This document shows positions 13,046 through 22,678 of a DNA stretch of 64,000 nucleotides, piece after piece. This DNA comes from an uncultured Gammaproteobacteria bacterium (GTDB lineage Bacteria > Patescibacteriota > Microgenomatia > Levybacterales > UBA12049): the NCBI GenBank assembly GCA_964474445.1, contig CAYYSJ010000001.1:14530-78529 (forward strand). The letters run 5' to 3'. Position 1 is the first letter of the stretch; each line of letters begins with the position of its first letter. The notes below the pieces were generated by a model. The model was not told the origin of the DNA and ran no database searches. It saw nothing but the letters and a program-made list of their open reading frames with translations. The translations under genes and the position numbers were made by a program.

Positions 13046-13825
13046 TTATAATCGTATCACAAAGAATGCCATGATAACTCCAGCTGCAATAATGGCAATG
13101 GTGATAGCAACATTTAAAATAATACCCATTTGAATAATTTTTCCAGCTAGTGGATTTCTTCCAATAGCCTCAATCCCCCGGTTTGCCGTTTGGCCAAAAA
13201 ACCAGAATCCAAACAGAAATGAGAGAACAATGATGAGTGCTGCAATAAAGTATTTGAGGACTTTTGTTGGTTCTTCATAAGTTGCTGTTGCTGAAAGCGT
13301 GAGAACATCAAAGATGCTATTGGTGACTGTTACCCTACTGGTGAAGTAATGGATACTTATTGAAACAGGAAGCTGAATAACATCATTTACATTGTTGGGT
13401 GCAAAATCAGTCAGTGCTGTTCCTATGACAAATCCTGAATGGGTTGCTTTCATCCCTACTCCTGGGATCGTTGAAGTTGTAATCAGATCTCCTTTTTTAA
13501 TCTTCCCATTTGAAGCAGAGACAAGAACATACGTATTTCCGGCTGATGCAACTGGATAGCTGTCTTTTTGTGGGATAACGATGGCAACAGCTGGAGCATC
13601 GGTGACAACACCAATGACGAGTGGATCGTATGCACGGGTTGAGAGTTTGTAGCCGGAATCAGTTGCTGAGACGAGTTTTCCTGTACTAATATTGCTCCCA
13701 GTTATTGGGACATATGTTGCAACACTCAAAGAATTTGTTCCAATGTCTGCAAACACACGATTTCCTTTGAGGAAAAAGATTCCGCATACAAAAATAATAA
13801 GGAAAATGGGCAGTAATTTTCTCAT
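13046..13825 (-). CDS. secreted protein with a C-terminal ATP-synthase-c-subunit-like TM hairpin (atypical AtpE fusion; conserved carboxylate absent)
   Basis: N-terminal signal peptide (MRKLLPIFLIIFVCGIFFLKGNRVFA), then a ~190-aa Thr/Ser/Val-rich domain. The last ~70 aa align with AtpE: TANRGIEAIGRNPLAGK vs B. subtilis SRTVEGIARQPEAGK, and MGIILNVAITIAIIAAGVIMAFF vs MGIALVEALPIIAVVIAFLAFF. It sits exactly where atpE sits in canonical operons, 1 nt upstream of atpF. Helix 1 lacks the Gly-rich motif. Confidence 0.5.
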   Translation of the reverse strand: MRKLLPIFLIIFVCGIFFLKGNRVFADIGTNSLSVATYVPITGSNISTGKLVSATDSGYKLSTRAYDPLVIGVVTDAPAVAIVIPQKDSYPVASAGNTYVLVSASNGKIKKGDLITTSTIPGVGMKATHSGFVIGTALTDFAPNNVNDVIQLPVSISIHYFTSRVTVTNSIFDVLTLSATATYEEPTKVLKYFIAALIIVLSFLFGFWFFGQTANRGIEAIGRNPLAGKIIQMGIILNVAITIAIIAAGVIMAFFVIRL

Positions 13826-13831
13826 AGTCTC

Positions 13832-16800
13832 TTACAGTTTATTTTTTACAATAAACCAATCAAAATGGACATCAACTTGTTGAGGTGTACTCACCTGAAT
13901 CACAAACTTCCCATTTCCTTTTTGGGCGATCGATAATGGTGTAGTGATATTTGTTGTGGGGGTAATAAAGACTTTGTCTGATGCTGTCATAGCTGGTGTA
14001 TCAACTTCCACACTGGTAGATCCCTGTGGAATAACTGCAGAACCAATAGAGGTTGTGCCTTTCACAACAAATTGCGTTGCCTGCACCGTTTGTGCTCCAA
14101 TAACACCTTGTGTTGTGATATTCCCTGATGTATCAATCGTAACAAGCCCATTAAGGAAATCAATACCACCAAGTCTTTGGTACTGGAGATATAAACTACC
14201 AGCAAGCGTATCAATCTTTCCTTCTAGACCATGGATAGTGATTAGGCCAGCACTCACGTTGCCGGTAATACCCAAATCTGTCACGGTTGTTCGACCCAAC
14301 ACATTTAACGTCTGTGAAATGGTCGCTGTATCTGCAACGAGTGGAACATTTTGCAGTTGTGAAGAAACTGATGCTGAGATAGGCATATTCAGAGAACTGG
14401 ATGTTGCTCCTGCATAGAAGCCTGGATCATACCATGCAGGTTGAACGGCAACCATAATTTGTCCATAGGTTCCTTGCTGATTGAAAGATTCCATTGCATG
14501 GCCAACAATTTGTCCGGCACTTGTTGCTTTGACTAAAACGCCTGAGTCAGTTGCAATTGTGAGAGGATCACCTATACTGATGTTTCCTTGTGCTGTTGAA
14601 ACTTTTGCTAGTAACTGTCCAACAAGACCAACGAGGGTGAAGTTTGGATCACCAGCATGGTTGCCTCCTCCAACAAATGATGGGTGGGAAGAGATGATGC
14701 CTACAATACTTTTTCCGCTAATGCATTTGGTCACACCGCCAGTTACATCAAGACAAACAGTATCCCCTGGGACTAATGATTCGTTCACATCCTTCTTTGG
14801 GAAGTATTCAGCCATATCCAAGCCATTACCATTGTATGAGACACCGGTTCCTCCATTCGAGTCAATAGACCCTTGTGATTCACCCTTGCCATTTAAGAAT
14901 CTAATAAAGTTATTCCCGTTATTCTGAGTTGTCGGGACAGTACCGTTACCAGTGAAGCCAAGTTTGACGATAAGGCCACCACTATTGGCAGTAGTATTTG
15001 TGTTATAGATTTGGGCAGCTGCTGTTGCTGAAAAGTTTCCTTGCAGATCAAGGTTATACATTGGATTCGTTGTCCCAAGTCCCATATATCCGTTTCGTGT
15101 CAGAACAAATCTGGTCAGACCTGATGAGGAGGCAGTCATCAGATCTCCAACGCCTGACTGATCAACAATAAAAGATGAGAAACTTGTTGACCCAGAAACT
15201 GAAGCAATTGGTAATGTCCCAAAGGCAAAATTCCCGTTAAATCCTTGTGCAGATCTCAGATCAAACGTTGCTTTTGGATTTGATCCTCCAGCGTCATTCA
15301 CTGTTACAAATCCATCGAAAGAATGCTGGGCAGACTGGAAATCAGCGAACCAATTGCTATTGCCTGAGTAGTAGAAATATGGAGCGTTGATACCACCATA
15401 TTGGTTCACAACGAAGTTTCCATCAGCTGCCCGAATTTGATTCACTCCATTCCCATTTGTCCCGACATCCAAAATAGCAAAAGGGTTACTGGTATCAGCG
15501 TTCCTGATACCAACATTTCCATTACGATTAATGGTAAATTTCGCAACTCCAGATAAGGAAGCAGTAAAGATGTCTCCTAGCCCCTGATCATTCACCACAA
15601 GCGCTGCTTTCCCACCACCATTTGGCTGTACAACAACATCCCCAATACCTGTACCTTGCCCAAGAGTGATATTCCCCGTTCCAGAAGAGAGCAGTGTTAA
15701 TCCGGCATTGGAGGAAGTCTGAATTGTAGAACTGGATCCATTACCAATTGTTACTGTTGTGCCTTTAACAGTAAGCCCACCAGCAAGAGTTACATTGCCT
15801 GAACCATCATCAAGAACGTTGTTAAAGGTATCGATCGTGTTGTTCGCGTAAATAGTAAATGCTGTACTACCCAAACCATTTGCTGATTGGGCAGAGTTAA
15901 GAACACCAAAGATTGGATCTGTTGTCCCACTCACACTTCCTCCAATACCAAGTCCTTTGTAGTATCCACCAACAGTAGATGTGCCAGAAGGAGCAGGAAG
16001 TTGCTGGGAAATACCATAATAGAGACTTTGAGTTGGCCAGTAGATACCAAACCAGTCATTTGAATTGCCGCCATTCACACCTGCCGTGTAGGAGTGGACA
16101 AATGCGCCGTTTGTCGTTGGACTTGCCCCTAAGACCACAGTGTAATGTTTCGCTGAAGTATTATTGTTGGGGACATCAACCTGTAACCCAATGTCGGTAT
16201 TGGCAAGTGAATTGCCAGTATCGTTGAGTGAGAGATACCCTCCATATGCAGTATCTGCATTCGTTGCTGGTGTATTTGTGACCGTTTCATAAAGACCATA
16301 GCCTGTTGCAGATGAAGTTGTCGTGGCAATAGTACCTGTACTACTTATACCCTTTCCTCCAGAGGTCGTGATAGTTGGCCAGTTCAGTGTTAGTAAGCCA
16401 TTTGCGGTGATATTGCCATTGTTGGCAATGGTAAATTTAGTTGTTCCAGAAACAGAGGCAGTGAAGAGATCACCCAAGCCAGAGTTATCAATAACAAGTC
16501 CCGCAAAAGAAGTTTTCCCTGATAATGAGGCTATTGGAGTTGTTCCTAAATTGCCTCTGACATCAAGGGTTGCAAGAGGAGAAGTTGTTCCAATCCCTAA
16601 GTTACCACTTGCGTCAATTCTAAAGCGTTCTATATTATTTGTCGCTAAAATAATTGGTCCATTGAGATAGTTCCAAAATCCCAGAGCATTTGTGTAAGGA
16701 GAGGCCCATCCGCTGCTCGCGAGAAAAAGAGATGCTCCTTTAGTACCAGCTCCAACACCGAGGTCATTATATAATGATATTCTTGTTTCTGCACTACTTC

Positions 16801-19800
16801 CATTGTTCGGATTATTAGCAACGATAGTATCAGCTGTGGGGATTCCATTGTTATTGTAATAAATTTCTAAAGGTCCATGTGGTGTCGTTGTTCCAACTCC
16901 CATATTGCCAGAAGAATCAACGGTAACCAAATTTGTTGCTCCGTTAATATTGCCGGTTATGTGGAACTTATTATCCGTCCCAATATTCGTACCAAAGGAA
17001 TATGTGCCGTTTAAAAACCATGTTCCTGCAAGAGTATTGGTGTTTGTACTATAGAATTGTCCAATTGCTCCACTTGCAGCTTGCACGGACAGCAATTGTG
17101 GTGGGGTTGTTACTCCAATTCCTACGTTTCCGTTTTGTGTTATCACAAATCTACTTAAGCCTGATGATGAGGCAGTGAAGAGATCACCCAAGCCAGAGTT
17201 ATCGATAACAAGTCCCGCAAAAGAAGTTTTCCCTGATAATGAGGCTACGGGAGTTGTTCCTAAGTTACCTCTGACATCAAGCGTTGCAAGAGGAGAAGTT
17301 GTTCCAACACCAACAGTTCCACTCCCTGAGAAAGTGAGGTTGAATCCAGAGAGAGGAAGATCCGTATTGCCCGTTAACCCTCCACCCAACTTGATCGTGT
17401 TACTAGTTCTGGTCAAACCATTATTAAAGGTAAGAGGTACCTCATAATCTGTGCCAGATGTTGCAATAGCAAGTGTTCCGTTTCCGCTTGTAGTTTTAAT
17501 AAGACCATTCGTTGAAAGACTGGAGAATTGGATAGTTCCAGAAGAGGTAAGACCGGTTAGACCAGTAAGGGTTCCTGTTGCAACAAGATTTCCGTTATTC
17601 CCAATGGTAAATTTCGTTGTTCCAGAAGCAGAAGCTGAAAAAATATCATTGGCAGATGCCCCTGTTTGGTTAACGATGAATGCTGCGTTCCCACCAGTAT
17701 TCCCTCCTTGGACATGAAGCACTGCTTTTGGAGATGAAAATCCTCGTCCAATGGCCATCCAATTTGGATTAGGATTGATATAAAAAGGAGAAAAGCCATT
17801 TGCATCAAGGAGTGTGAAATCACCTGGTGTATTTGCGTTCAGATTAAACGTCCATTCATACGGTATCCCTCCCGTTGCCTGAGCGAGTGTCAGTAGATTC
17901 GGACCGGTACTATTTTCGATAATCATATTATGATTTGTCGTTGCTGTTACGAAGTGGAAAGGTGCACATGCTTCATTGGCACCTGTTCCTTTACAAGTTC
18001 CACCAGAGTATACAGAAGTTCCTGTCCCGAGTTTAAGAAAGGAATTCGTTGTGTCAAAATTGATAAGCGGAGTTCCTGATGAATTGGCAATCTGAAGACC
18101 AGTTGTACTATCAGAGCTTGGCTTCCACTGACTTCCTGCAGCAGAGGTCAGATTGCCATTAAGCGTGAGTGCGGCAAATGTCGGCGAGGAAGTCGTTAAC
18201 AAATTTTGATTTATACTTGTACTTCCTGTTAATGTCAATGTGTTTCCTCCTCCAGTTAAGGTAATATTAGATCCGGTTACTGTTAATGTTCTGGATGTTG
18301 TACCTCCTGCAACGGTAAAACCATCTGCTGCAGAGGTTAAGGTTAACCCATTGACGGTACTGGATGTCGCAAGCGGACCACTCACGGTTGTTGTCACGCC
18401 TGATCGTCCGATTGTCACACCATTTGCATTTGTTGTCCCAATATTGATTCCTGCTGCTCCTCCTGCATCAAGGGTGAGGGCTGTTGCTCCTCCGGAAGTA
18501 ACTGACAGTGCTCCAGATCCCGTAATATTCCCGCCAGCAGTAAAGGCAGGCAGGGTTAACCCAGTCGTTGTTACTGTTCCATTGATGGCTGGAGCTGTTA
18601 ATGTCTTATTTGTTAATGTCTGGGTTGCTCCGATACCAACAACAGTATCGGTTGCAGTTGGGAATGTCATGGTTGTCCCATCGGTACCTGCTAAGGTTAA
18701 GGTATTGCTCACTGTTAATGTTTTAGATGTTGTTCCACCAGCAATACCAAACCCTGTTGCATTTGCCGTAAGAGTAAGACCATTAATCGCACCGAAACTT
18801 GAAATGGTTGGAGAACCAGACCCAGTAATATTGCCACTGGCAGTAAAGGCAGGCAGCGTTAATCCTGTCGTTGCGACTGTTCCATTGATGGTTGGAGCAG
18901 TTAGTGTTTTATTTGTCAGTGTCTCTGTCCCCGCAAGTGTTGCAAGTGTGCCTGTTGTCGGAAGGTTCACATTGGTTGTTCCGGCAAGTGTCAGCGTTAC
19001 TGCTCCACCGGATGTTGTGAATGATCCTCCTAAGGATGTTGTTTGCCCATTCAATTGGTTTGCATTGATGATGCCTGAGTTTGTGTAGGTAATTGTCCCT
19101 CCTGTTCCAACGGTCATTGTTGCACTAACATTGGTGCCCGTTGTTATTTTATCAAAACTCACCGTAGAAAGAGATGCTGAGGAAACCCAGGAAGGTGCAC
19201 TTCCACTGCCATTTGACTGGAGAAGATATCCTGCAGTTCCTGGGGTAAGCGTTGTTGTCGTTGTTGCGCCTGTTGCATATAACACACCATTTGTTGTCAG
19301 GCCTGAGAGCCCCCCTGATGCATTAAACGTTATTTTTTTATTCGTTGTATCAGTATTTAAGGTAACACCTGTACCCGCTTGCAATGTGAACATATCGTTA
19401 TTTTTCCCGGCAGAAAACGAGTTTGTGCCATCACTTACTGTACCGAAAAAATTCGGGGTTGAAACAGTATTGGTAATTGTTGTTCCACTAATACTGATCC
19501 CACTTCCTGCTGTTAGTGTGACGTCTCCTGTTTGCCCTTGGAGTGAAGTAACCCCAGTATTTGTGATTGTTGGATGTTGTCCTCTTGTTATCCCAATACC
19601 TGTACCAGGGGTAACACTATAGACAATGTTTGAGGCTTTGAGAGATCCGTCAATGACAGTATCTCCGGTAATACTGAGTCCATTGGCAAATGTGACTGTA
19701 TTATTAAATTTTGCGGGAATACTAAACACAATCGTACCGTTTAAACTTTCTGGCACATCCTGTATACCAAGCACATCTTTCACTGAGGTAGGGCTGACAT

Positions 19801-20011
19801 TATGCATTTGCATGAGGACTTGGGTGAGCGGAACAGCACTGAGAAGAATGGCCAAGCCTCCTAACAACGACAAAACAAAAGAACGTCGCTGTTTTCTTCG
19901 TAATGACTCATGATTAGGAAAAGATGGGTTAACATTGGGAGAATTCGTATGAATCGCTTCAGATGAGTGCTGTAACAGCTGTTGAAAATAGGAAAAAAAA
20001 CGCATAAACAA
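13832..20011 (-). CDS. giant (2059 aa) Thr/Gly/Ser/Asn-rich repetitive surface protein
   Basis: Uninterrupted 6.2-kb ORF; N-terminal signal/anchor (SFVLSLLGGLAILLSAVPL); internally repeated modules (GNLGTTPVASLSGKTSFAGLVIDNSGLGDLFTAS x2; TLTNKTLTAP(T/A)INGTV(A/T)TTGLTLPAFTA x2; GNVGIGTT(S/T)P-type beta-helical or fibre-like repeats); ends 6 nt before the next gene. Confidence 0.8.
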   Translation of the reverse strand: MFMRFFSYFQQLLQHSSEAIHTNSPNVNPSFPNHESLRRKQRRSFVLSLLGGLAILLSAVPLTQVLMQMHNVSPTSVKDVLGIQDVPESLNGTIVFSIPAKFNNTVTFANGLSITGDTVIDGSLKASNIVYSVTPGTGIGITRGQHPTITNTGVTSLQGQTGDVTLTAGSGISISGTTITNTVSTPNFFGTVSDGTNSFSAGKNNDMFTLQAGTGVTLNTDTTNKKITFNASGGLSGLTTNGVLYATGATTTTTLTPGTAGYLLQSNGSGSAPSWVSSASLSTVSFDKITTGTNVSATMTVGTGGTITYTNSGIINANQLNGQTTSLGGSFTTSGGAVTLTLAGTTNVNLPTTGTLATLAGTETLTNKTLTAPTINGTVATTGLTLPAFTASGNITGSGSPTISSFGAINGLTLTANATGFGIAGGTTSKTLTVSNTLTLAGTDGTTMTFPTATDTVVGIGATQTLTNKTLTAPAINGTVTTTGLTLPAFTAGGNITGSGALSVTSGGATALTLDAGGAAGINIGTTNANGVTIGRSGVTTTVSGPLATSSTVNGLTLTSAADGFTVAGGTTSRTLTVTGSNITLTGGGNTLTLTGSTSINQNLLTTSSPTFAALTLNGNLTSAAGSQWKPSSDSTTGLQIANSSGTPLINFDTTNSFLKLGTGTSVYSGGTCKGTGANEACAPFHFVTATTNHNMIIENSTGPNLLTLAQATGGIPYEWTFNLNANTPGDFTLLDANGFSPFYINPNPNWMAIGRGFSSPKAVLHVQGGNTGGNAAFIVNQTGASANDIFSASASGTTKFTIGNNGNLVATGTLTGLTGLTSSGTIQFSSLSTNGLIKTTSGNGTLAIATSGTDYEVPLTFNNGLTRTSNTIKLGGGLTGNTDLPLSGFNLTFSGSGTVGVGTTSPLATLDVRGNLGTTPVASLSGKTSFAGLVIDNSGLGDLFTASSSGLSRFVITQNGNVGIGVTTPPQLLSVQAASGAIGQFYSTNTNTLAGTWFLNGTYSFGTNIGTDNKFHITGNINGATNLVTVDSSGNMGVGTTTPHGPLEIYYNNNGIPTADTIVANNPNNGSSAETRISLYNDLGVGAGTKGASLFLASSGWASPYTNALGFWNYLNGPIILATNNIERFRIDASGNLGIGTTSPLATLDVRGNLGTTPIASLSGKTSFAGLVIDNSGLGDLFTASVSGTTKFTIANNGNITANGLLTLNWPTITTSGGKGISSTGTIATTTSSATGYGLYETVTNTPATNADTAYGGYLSLNDTGNSLANTDIGLQVDVPNNNTSAKHYTVVLGASPTTNGAFVHSYTAGVNGGNSNDWFGIYWPTQSLYYGISQQLPAPSGTSTVGGYYKGLGIGGSVSGTTDPIFGVLNSAQSANGLGSTAFTIYANNTIDTFNNVLDDGSGNVTLAGGLTVKGTTVTIGNGSSSTIQTSSNAGLTLLSSGTGNITLGQGTGIGDVVVQPNGGGKAALVVNDQGLGDIFTASLSGVAKFTINRNGNVGIRNADTSNPFAILDVGTNGNGVNQIRAADGNFVVNQYGGINAPYFYYSGNSNWFADFQSAQHSFDGFVTVNDAGGSNPKATFDLRSAQGFNGNFAFGTLPIASVSGSTSFSSFIVDQSGVGDLMTASSSGLTRFVLTRNGYMGLGTTNPMYNLDLQGNFSATAAAQIYNTNTTANSGGLIVKLGFTGNGTVPTTQNNGNNFIRFLNGKGESQGSIDSNGGTGVSYNGNGLDMAEYFPKKDVNESLVPGDTVCLDVTGGVTKCISGKSIVGIISSHPSFVGGGNHAGDPNFTLVGLVGQLLAKVSTAQGNISIGDPLTIATDSGVLVKATSAGQIVGHAMESFNQQGTYGQIMVAVQPAWYDPGFYAGATSSSLNMPISASVSSQLQNVPLVADTATISQTLNVLGRTTVTDLGITGNVSAGLITIHGLEGKIDTLAGSLYLQYQRLGGIDFLNGLVTIDTSGNITTQGVIGAQTVQATQFVVKGTTSIGSAVIPQGSTSVEVDTPAMTASDKVFITPTTNITTPLSIAQKGNGKFVIQVSTPQQVDVHFDWFIVKNKL
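16455..17307 (-). repeat. two ~138-bp direct repeats (~93% identical) inside the giant gene (16455..16593 and 17169..17307)
   Basis: Near-identical DNA segments gaggcagtgaagagatcacccaagccagagttatc...gaagttgttccaa seen at both places; they encode the repeated protein module. Confidence 0.8.
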
Positions 20012-20142
20012 ATGCTAATACTACTTCTTTAGTGTGATAGAAAAAAAGCAAAGAGTCAAGCATTTTTAAATCTCTCCATATATAGTTTTTTGCTTCATTT
20101 CTCCCCTTTTTTCCATGCAGGAAATCGTGATATATAGAAAGT

Positions 20143-20706
20143 ATGAGAAGACCCCTTTTTGCTCTGATCATTATTCTTCTTACAGCGGTCCTTTTTGTAG
20201 CGATTCGTACACTTTCCAAACCTACTCCTATGACAATCCCTAAAAATAGCGGTACAATAGCATCATCTATGCAGATTACGAGTCCAGCGTTTGAGAATAA
20301 TGGATCCATTCCTTCTGTATATACCTGTGATGGAGCAGATGCCAATCCTCCTCTTGCGCTTTCCAGCGTTCCACAAAACGCAAAGAGTTTGGTCCTTATT
20401 CTTGATGATCCTGATGCACCAGGTGGAACATGGGATCATTGGATTGTTTTTAATATCCCACCAACTGTCAAAGAAATTCCAGAGAATAGTACTCCGCAAG
20501 GAGTCGAAGGTATGACAAGTTGGGGTAGGCCAGGGTATGGAGGTCCATGTCCTCCATCAGGGACACATCATTACCATATAAAACTCTACGCACTTGATAC
20601 AATGCTTTCTTTAACAAGATTTGCAACAAAAGCAGATGTAGAAGCCGCAATGAAGGACCATATCCTTGCGCAGTCAGAACTTGTTGGGTTATATAAAAGA
20701 CAATAG
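20143..20706 (+). CDS. PEBP family protein (YbhB/YbcL-like) with N-terminal membrane anchor/signal
   Basis: DDPDAPGGTWDHWIVFNIP and GPCPPSGTHHYHIKLYALD are the PEBP/YbhB signature; N-terminal hydrophobic segment LFALIIILLTAVLFVAI. Confidence 0.8.
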   Translation: MRRPLFALIIILLTAVLFVAIRTLSKPTPMTIPKNSGTIASSMQITSPAFENNGSIPSVYTCDGADANPPLALSSVPQNAKSLVLILDDPDAPGGTWDHWIVFNIPPTVKEIPENSTPQGVEGMTSWGRPGYGGPCPPSGTHHYHIKLYALDTMLSLTRFATKADVEAAMKDHILAQSELVGLYKRQ

Positions 20707-20803
20707 TATCCTCTTTCGTTACTCCTCGCGTTACAACAAAAAAGATACAAAGATAAAATTTCTCATTCCACTTTCATGTAATCTATGGGAAAATAAAGTA
20801 TTC

Positions 20804-21940
20804 ATGTGGAAATTTAAAAACAAGCATACAGGACATTGGCGAACCTATCTCCTCGTTGGTATCCCTCTTTTCATACTTGCTATTGCTAGCCTTTGGGCGT
20901 TCCTGTCTATTACTGTCTCTGCTGAGGTTGCAGACGATATTTTACGGCCTGTCATTGGAGAGAAAAATACCCTTGCTCTTGAAGCAGTGTTTTTTACCAT
21001 CCAAGATAAACTTGACGCAGGAAAATATTTCCTCTTAGGAATAAAGACAGGACCAATCGTAAGACCCGCTCCTTTAAGAATGGTAACAGTGAATACCGTT
21101 GATCAAATGGAATTGAGCACGATTCAACCAGAACCTGGACTTTCTCCACTTCCTGGAGAAGGGGTATGGGGTCCTCTGACACAGGATAATTATCCTGACC
21201 AAGATGTTATTGCAAAAGCATTTATTCGTCCAGATATAACACATCCGTATGCAGTTGTGTCTCTGGTAAAAATGGATATGAGAAAGCTTGGTATTGGAAC
21301 AGAGGCAGGTACCTATTATCCAGGAGGAATACACAAAATCTATGGGCCAGGGATTGTTCCAAAAACGACTCAAGCTTCACAAACTCTCCTTGCTGTTTTT
21401 AATGGTGGATTTCAGGAGAGAGATGGTCATTATGGGATGATTGTTGGAAATAGGACATACGTGCCGTTAAAAATGAATATGCCAACTCTTATGCTATATA
21501 CCAATGGGTCTCTTTCATTCACAACCTATACAGGTCAACCATTTTCTTCTGATGTTGCAGCGCTTCGGCAAAATGGTCCCTATCTTATTGAAAACGGCAT
21601 CATTACCCCATACGTTGAACACGGTATAGATACTTGGGGCAGAACAATTACAAACAGTATGTATACATGGCGTTCAGGACTTGGGATAACAAAAGAAGGA
21701 AATGTTATTTATGCGGCAGGGAATTCCCTTATCCCGCAAACACTTGCAAAAGCACTCCAAAAAGCAGGAGCAGTGAATGCAATTCAGCTGGATATCAATC
21801 CGCCATGGGTACGATTTATCACATATCAGAGTAACGGGAATGGACAATATGCCTTTTCCCCTCTTGTTCCCTCTATGCAGGGAGGAAGAGAATACTTACG
21901 TGGATACAGTAAAGATTTCTTCTATATTTATAGAAAATAA
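20804..21940 (+). CDS. phosphodiester glycosidase family (DUF2233-like) secreted protein
   Basis: Start set at the internal ATG 20804 (MWKFKNK...) to avoid a 41-nt overlap with the upstream gene; N-terminal TM; motifs LAVFNGGF and RSGLGITKEGNVIYAAG...AGAVNAIQLD typical of the NAGPA-like family. Confidence 0.5.
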   Translation: MWKFKNKHTGHWRTYLLVGIPLFILAIASLWAFLSITVSAEVADDILRPVIGEKNTLALEAVFFTIQDKLDAGKYFLLGIKTGPIVRPAPLRMVTVNTVDQMELSTIQPEPGLSPLPGEGVWGPLTQDNYPDQDVIAKAFIRPDITHPYAVVSLVKMDMRKLGIGTEAGTYYPGGIHKIYGPGIVPKTTQASQTLLAVFNGGFQERDGHYGMIVGNRTYVPLKMNMPTLMLYTNGSLSFTTYTGQPFSSDVAALRQNGPYLIENGIITPYVEHGIDTWGRTITNSMYTWRSGLGITKEGNVIYAAGNSLIPQTLAKALQKAGAVNAIQLDINPPWVRFITYQSNGNGQYAFSPLVPSMQGGREYLRGYSKDFFYIYRK

Positions 21941-22078
21941 TCTTCGCAAAGCAAAGAGATTGAGAACGATACATACCGGAAGTACTTACTATGTTTTCTA
22001 TCGTATTCGGAAACATGACGGTTTTTTAAGATAAGAAGATCTTGTCAATGTCATATATGCTACGATTATCTCAAATAC

Positions 22079-22678
22079 ATGAAAACATACTTGTTTCCTA
22101 TTTATCTGACAGTATTATCTATACTATTTAGCATGCTTTCTCACCAGGCTTTTGCTCATTTTCCAGCAACTGATAACTCTATGACAGTAGAATTGCATGT
22201 TGATCCAGATGATAACCCGACCCCTGGGCAGCAAGCATATTTGTACTTTCTTTTTGATGATGCAACAAAAAGGTTTCAATTGTCTCAATGCAACTGTGTT
22301 GTCTCTATTTCAGAACAAGGAAGACAAATTTACCGTCAGAAACTTACCGAGAAAAAAGATACACGCCCTAGTATTTGGGGAGCAAGCCTCCCTTATGTTT
22401 TTCCACAACAAGACGTCTATCATATACAAGTGACAGGTGGTCCAACGGTTCAAAATACCTTTAAGCCATTTGATATCTCCTGGGATTTTCGAGTAGATCC
22501 TGATGGCTCTCCTGGTATTGTGAAAGGAGGCCCTTCTGATATTCAAATTCTTTTAGGAACAGCAATAGGAGGAGTTATCTTTCTAGGACTTTTTGGTTGG
22601 TTTATAAAAAAACAAATTATCGATAGCGAAGACGTAGACAATACAAAAAGTAACCATTACAATAAGAAAAGATCATGA
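22079..22678 (+). CDS. secreted, C-terminally membrane-anchored protein (mature N-terminus His after AFA; possible metal-binding)
   Basis: Signal peptide ending SHQAFA-HF, C-terminal TM (AIGGVIFLGLFGWFI) and a basic tail; 4-nt overlap with the downstream YcnI-like gene. Confidence 0.4.
   Translation: MKTYLFPIYLTVLSILFSMLSHQAFAHFPATDNSMTVELHVDPDDNPTPGQQAYLYFLFDDATKRFQLSQCNCVVSISEQGRQIYRQKLTEKKDTRPSIWGASLPYVFPQQDVYHIQVTGGPTVQNTFKPFDISWDFRVDPDGSPGIVKGGPSDIQILLGTAIGGVIFLGLFGWFIKKQIIDSEDVDNTKSNHYNKKRS

Noticed and set aside
13944-19913. Many long ORFs on the plus strand (e.g. 13944..14417, 18240..19088, 19131..19622) opposite the giant gene
   Set aside because: They are frame-shadow ORFs produced by the low-complexity Thr/Gly/Val-rich coding of the 6.2-kb minus-strand gene (their translations are Pro/Val/Thr-rich mirror sequences). 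No independent start signals were seen.
20666-20803. 5' extension of ORF 20666..21940 overlapping the PEBP gene by 41 nt
   Set aside because: The extension lacks a signal and would overlap the upstream gene. The internal ATG at 20804 (MWKFKNK + TM) gives a sensible membrane-anchored N-terminus.
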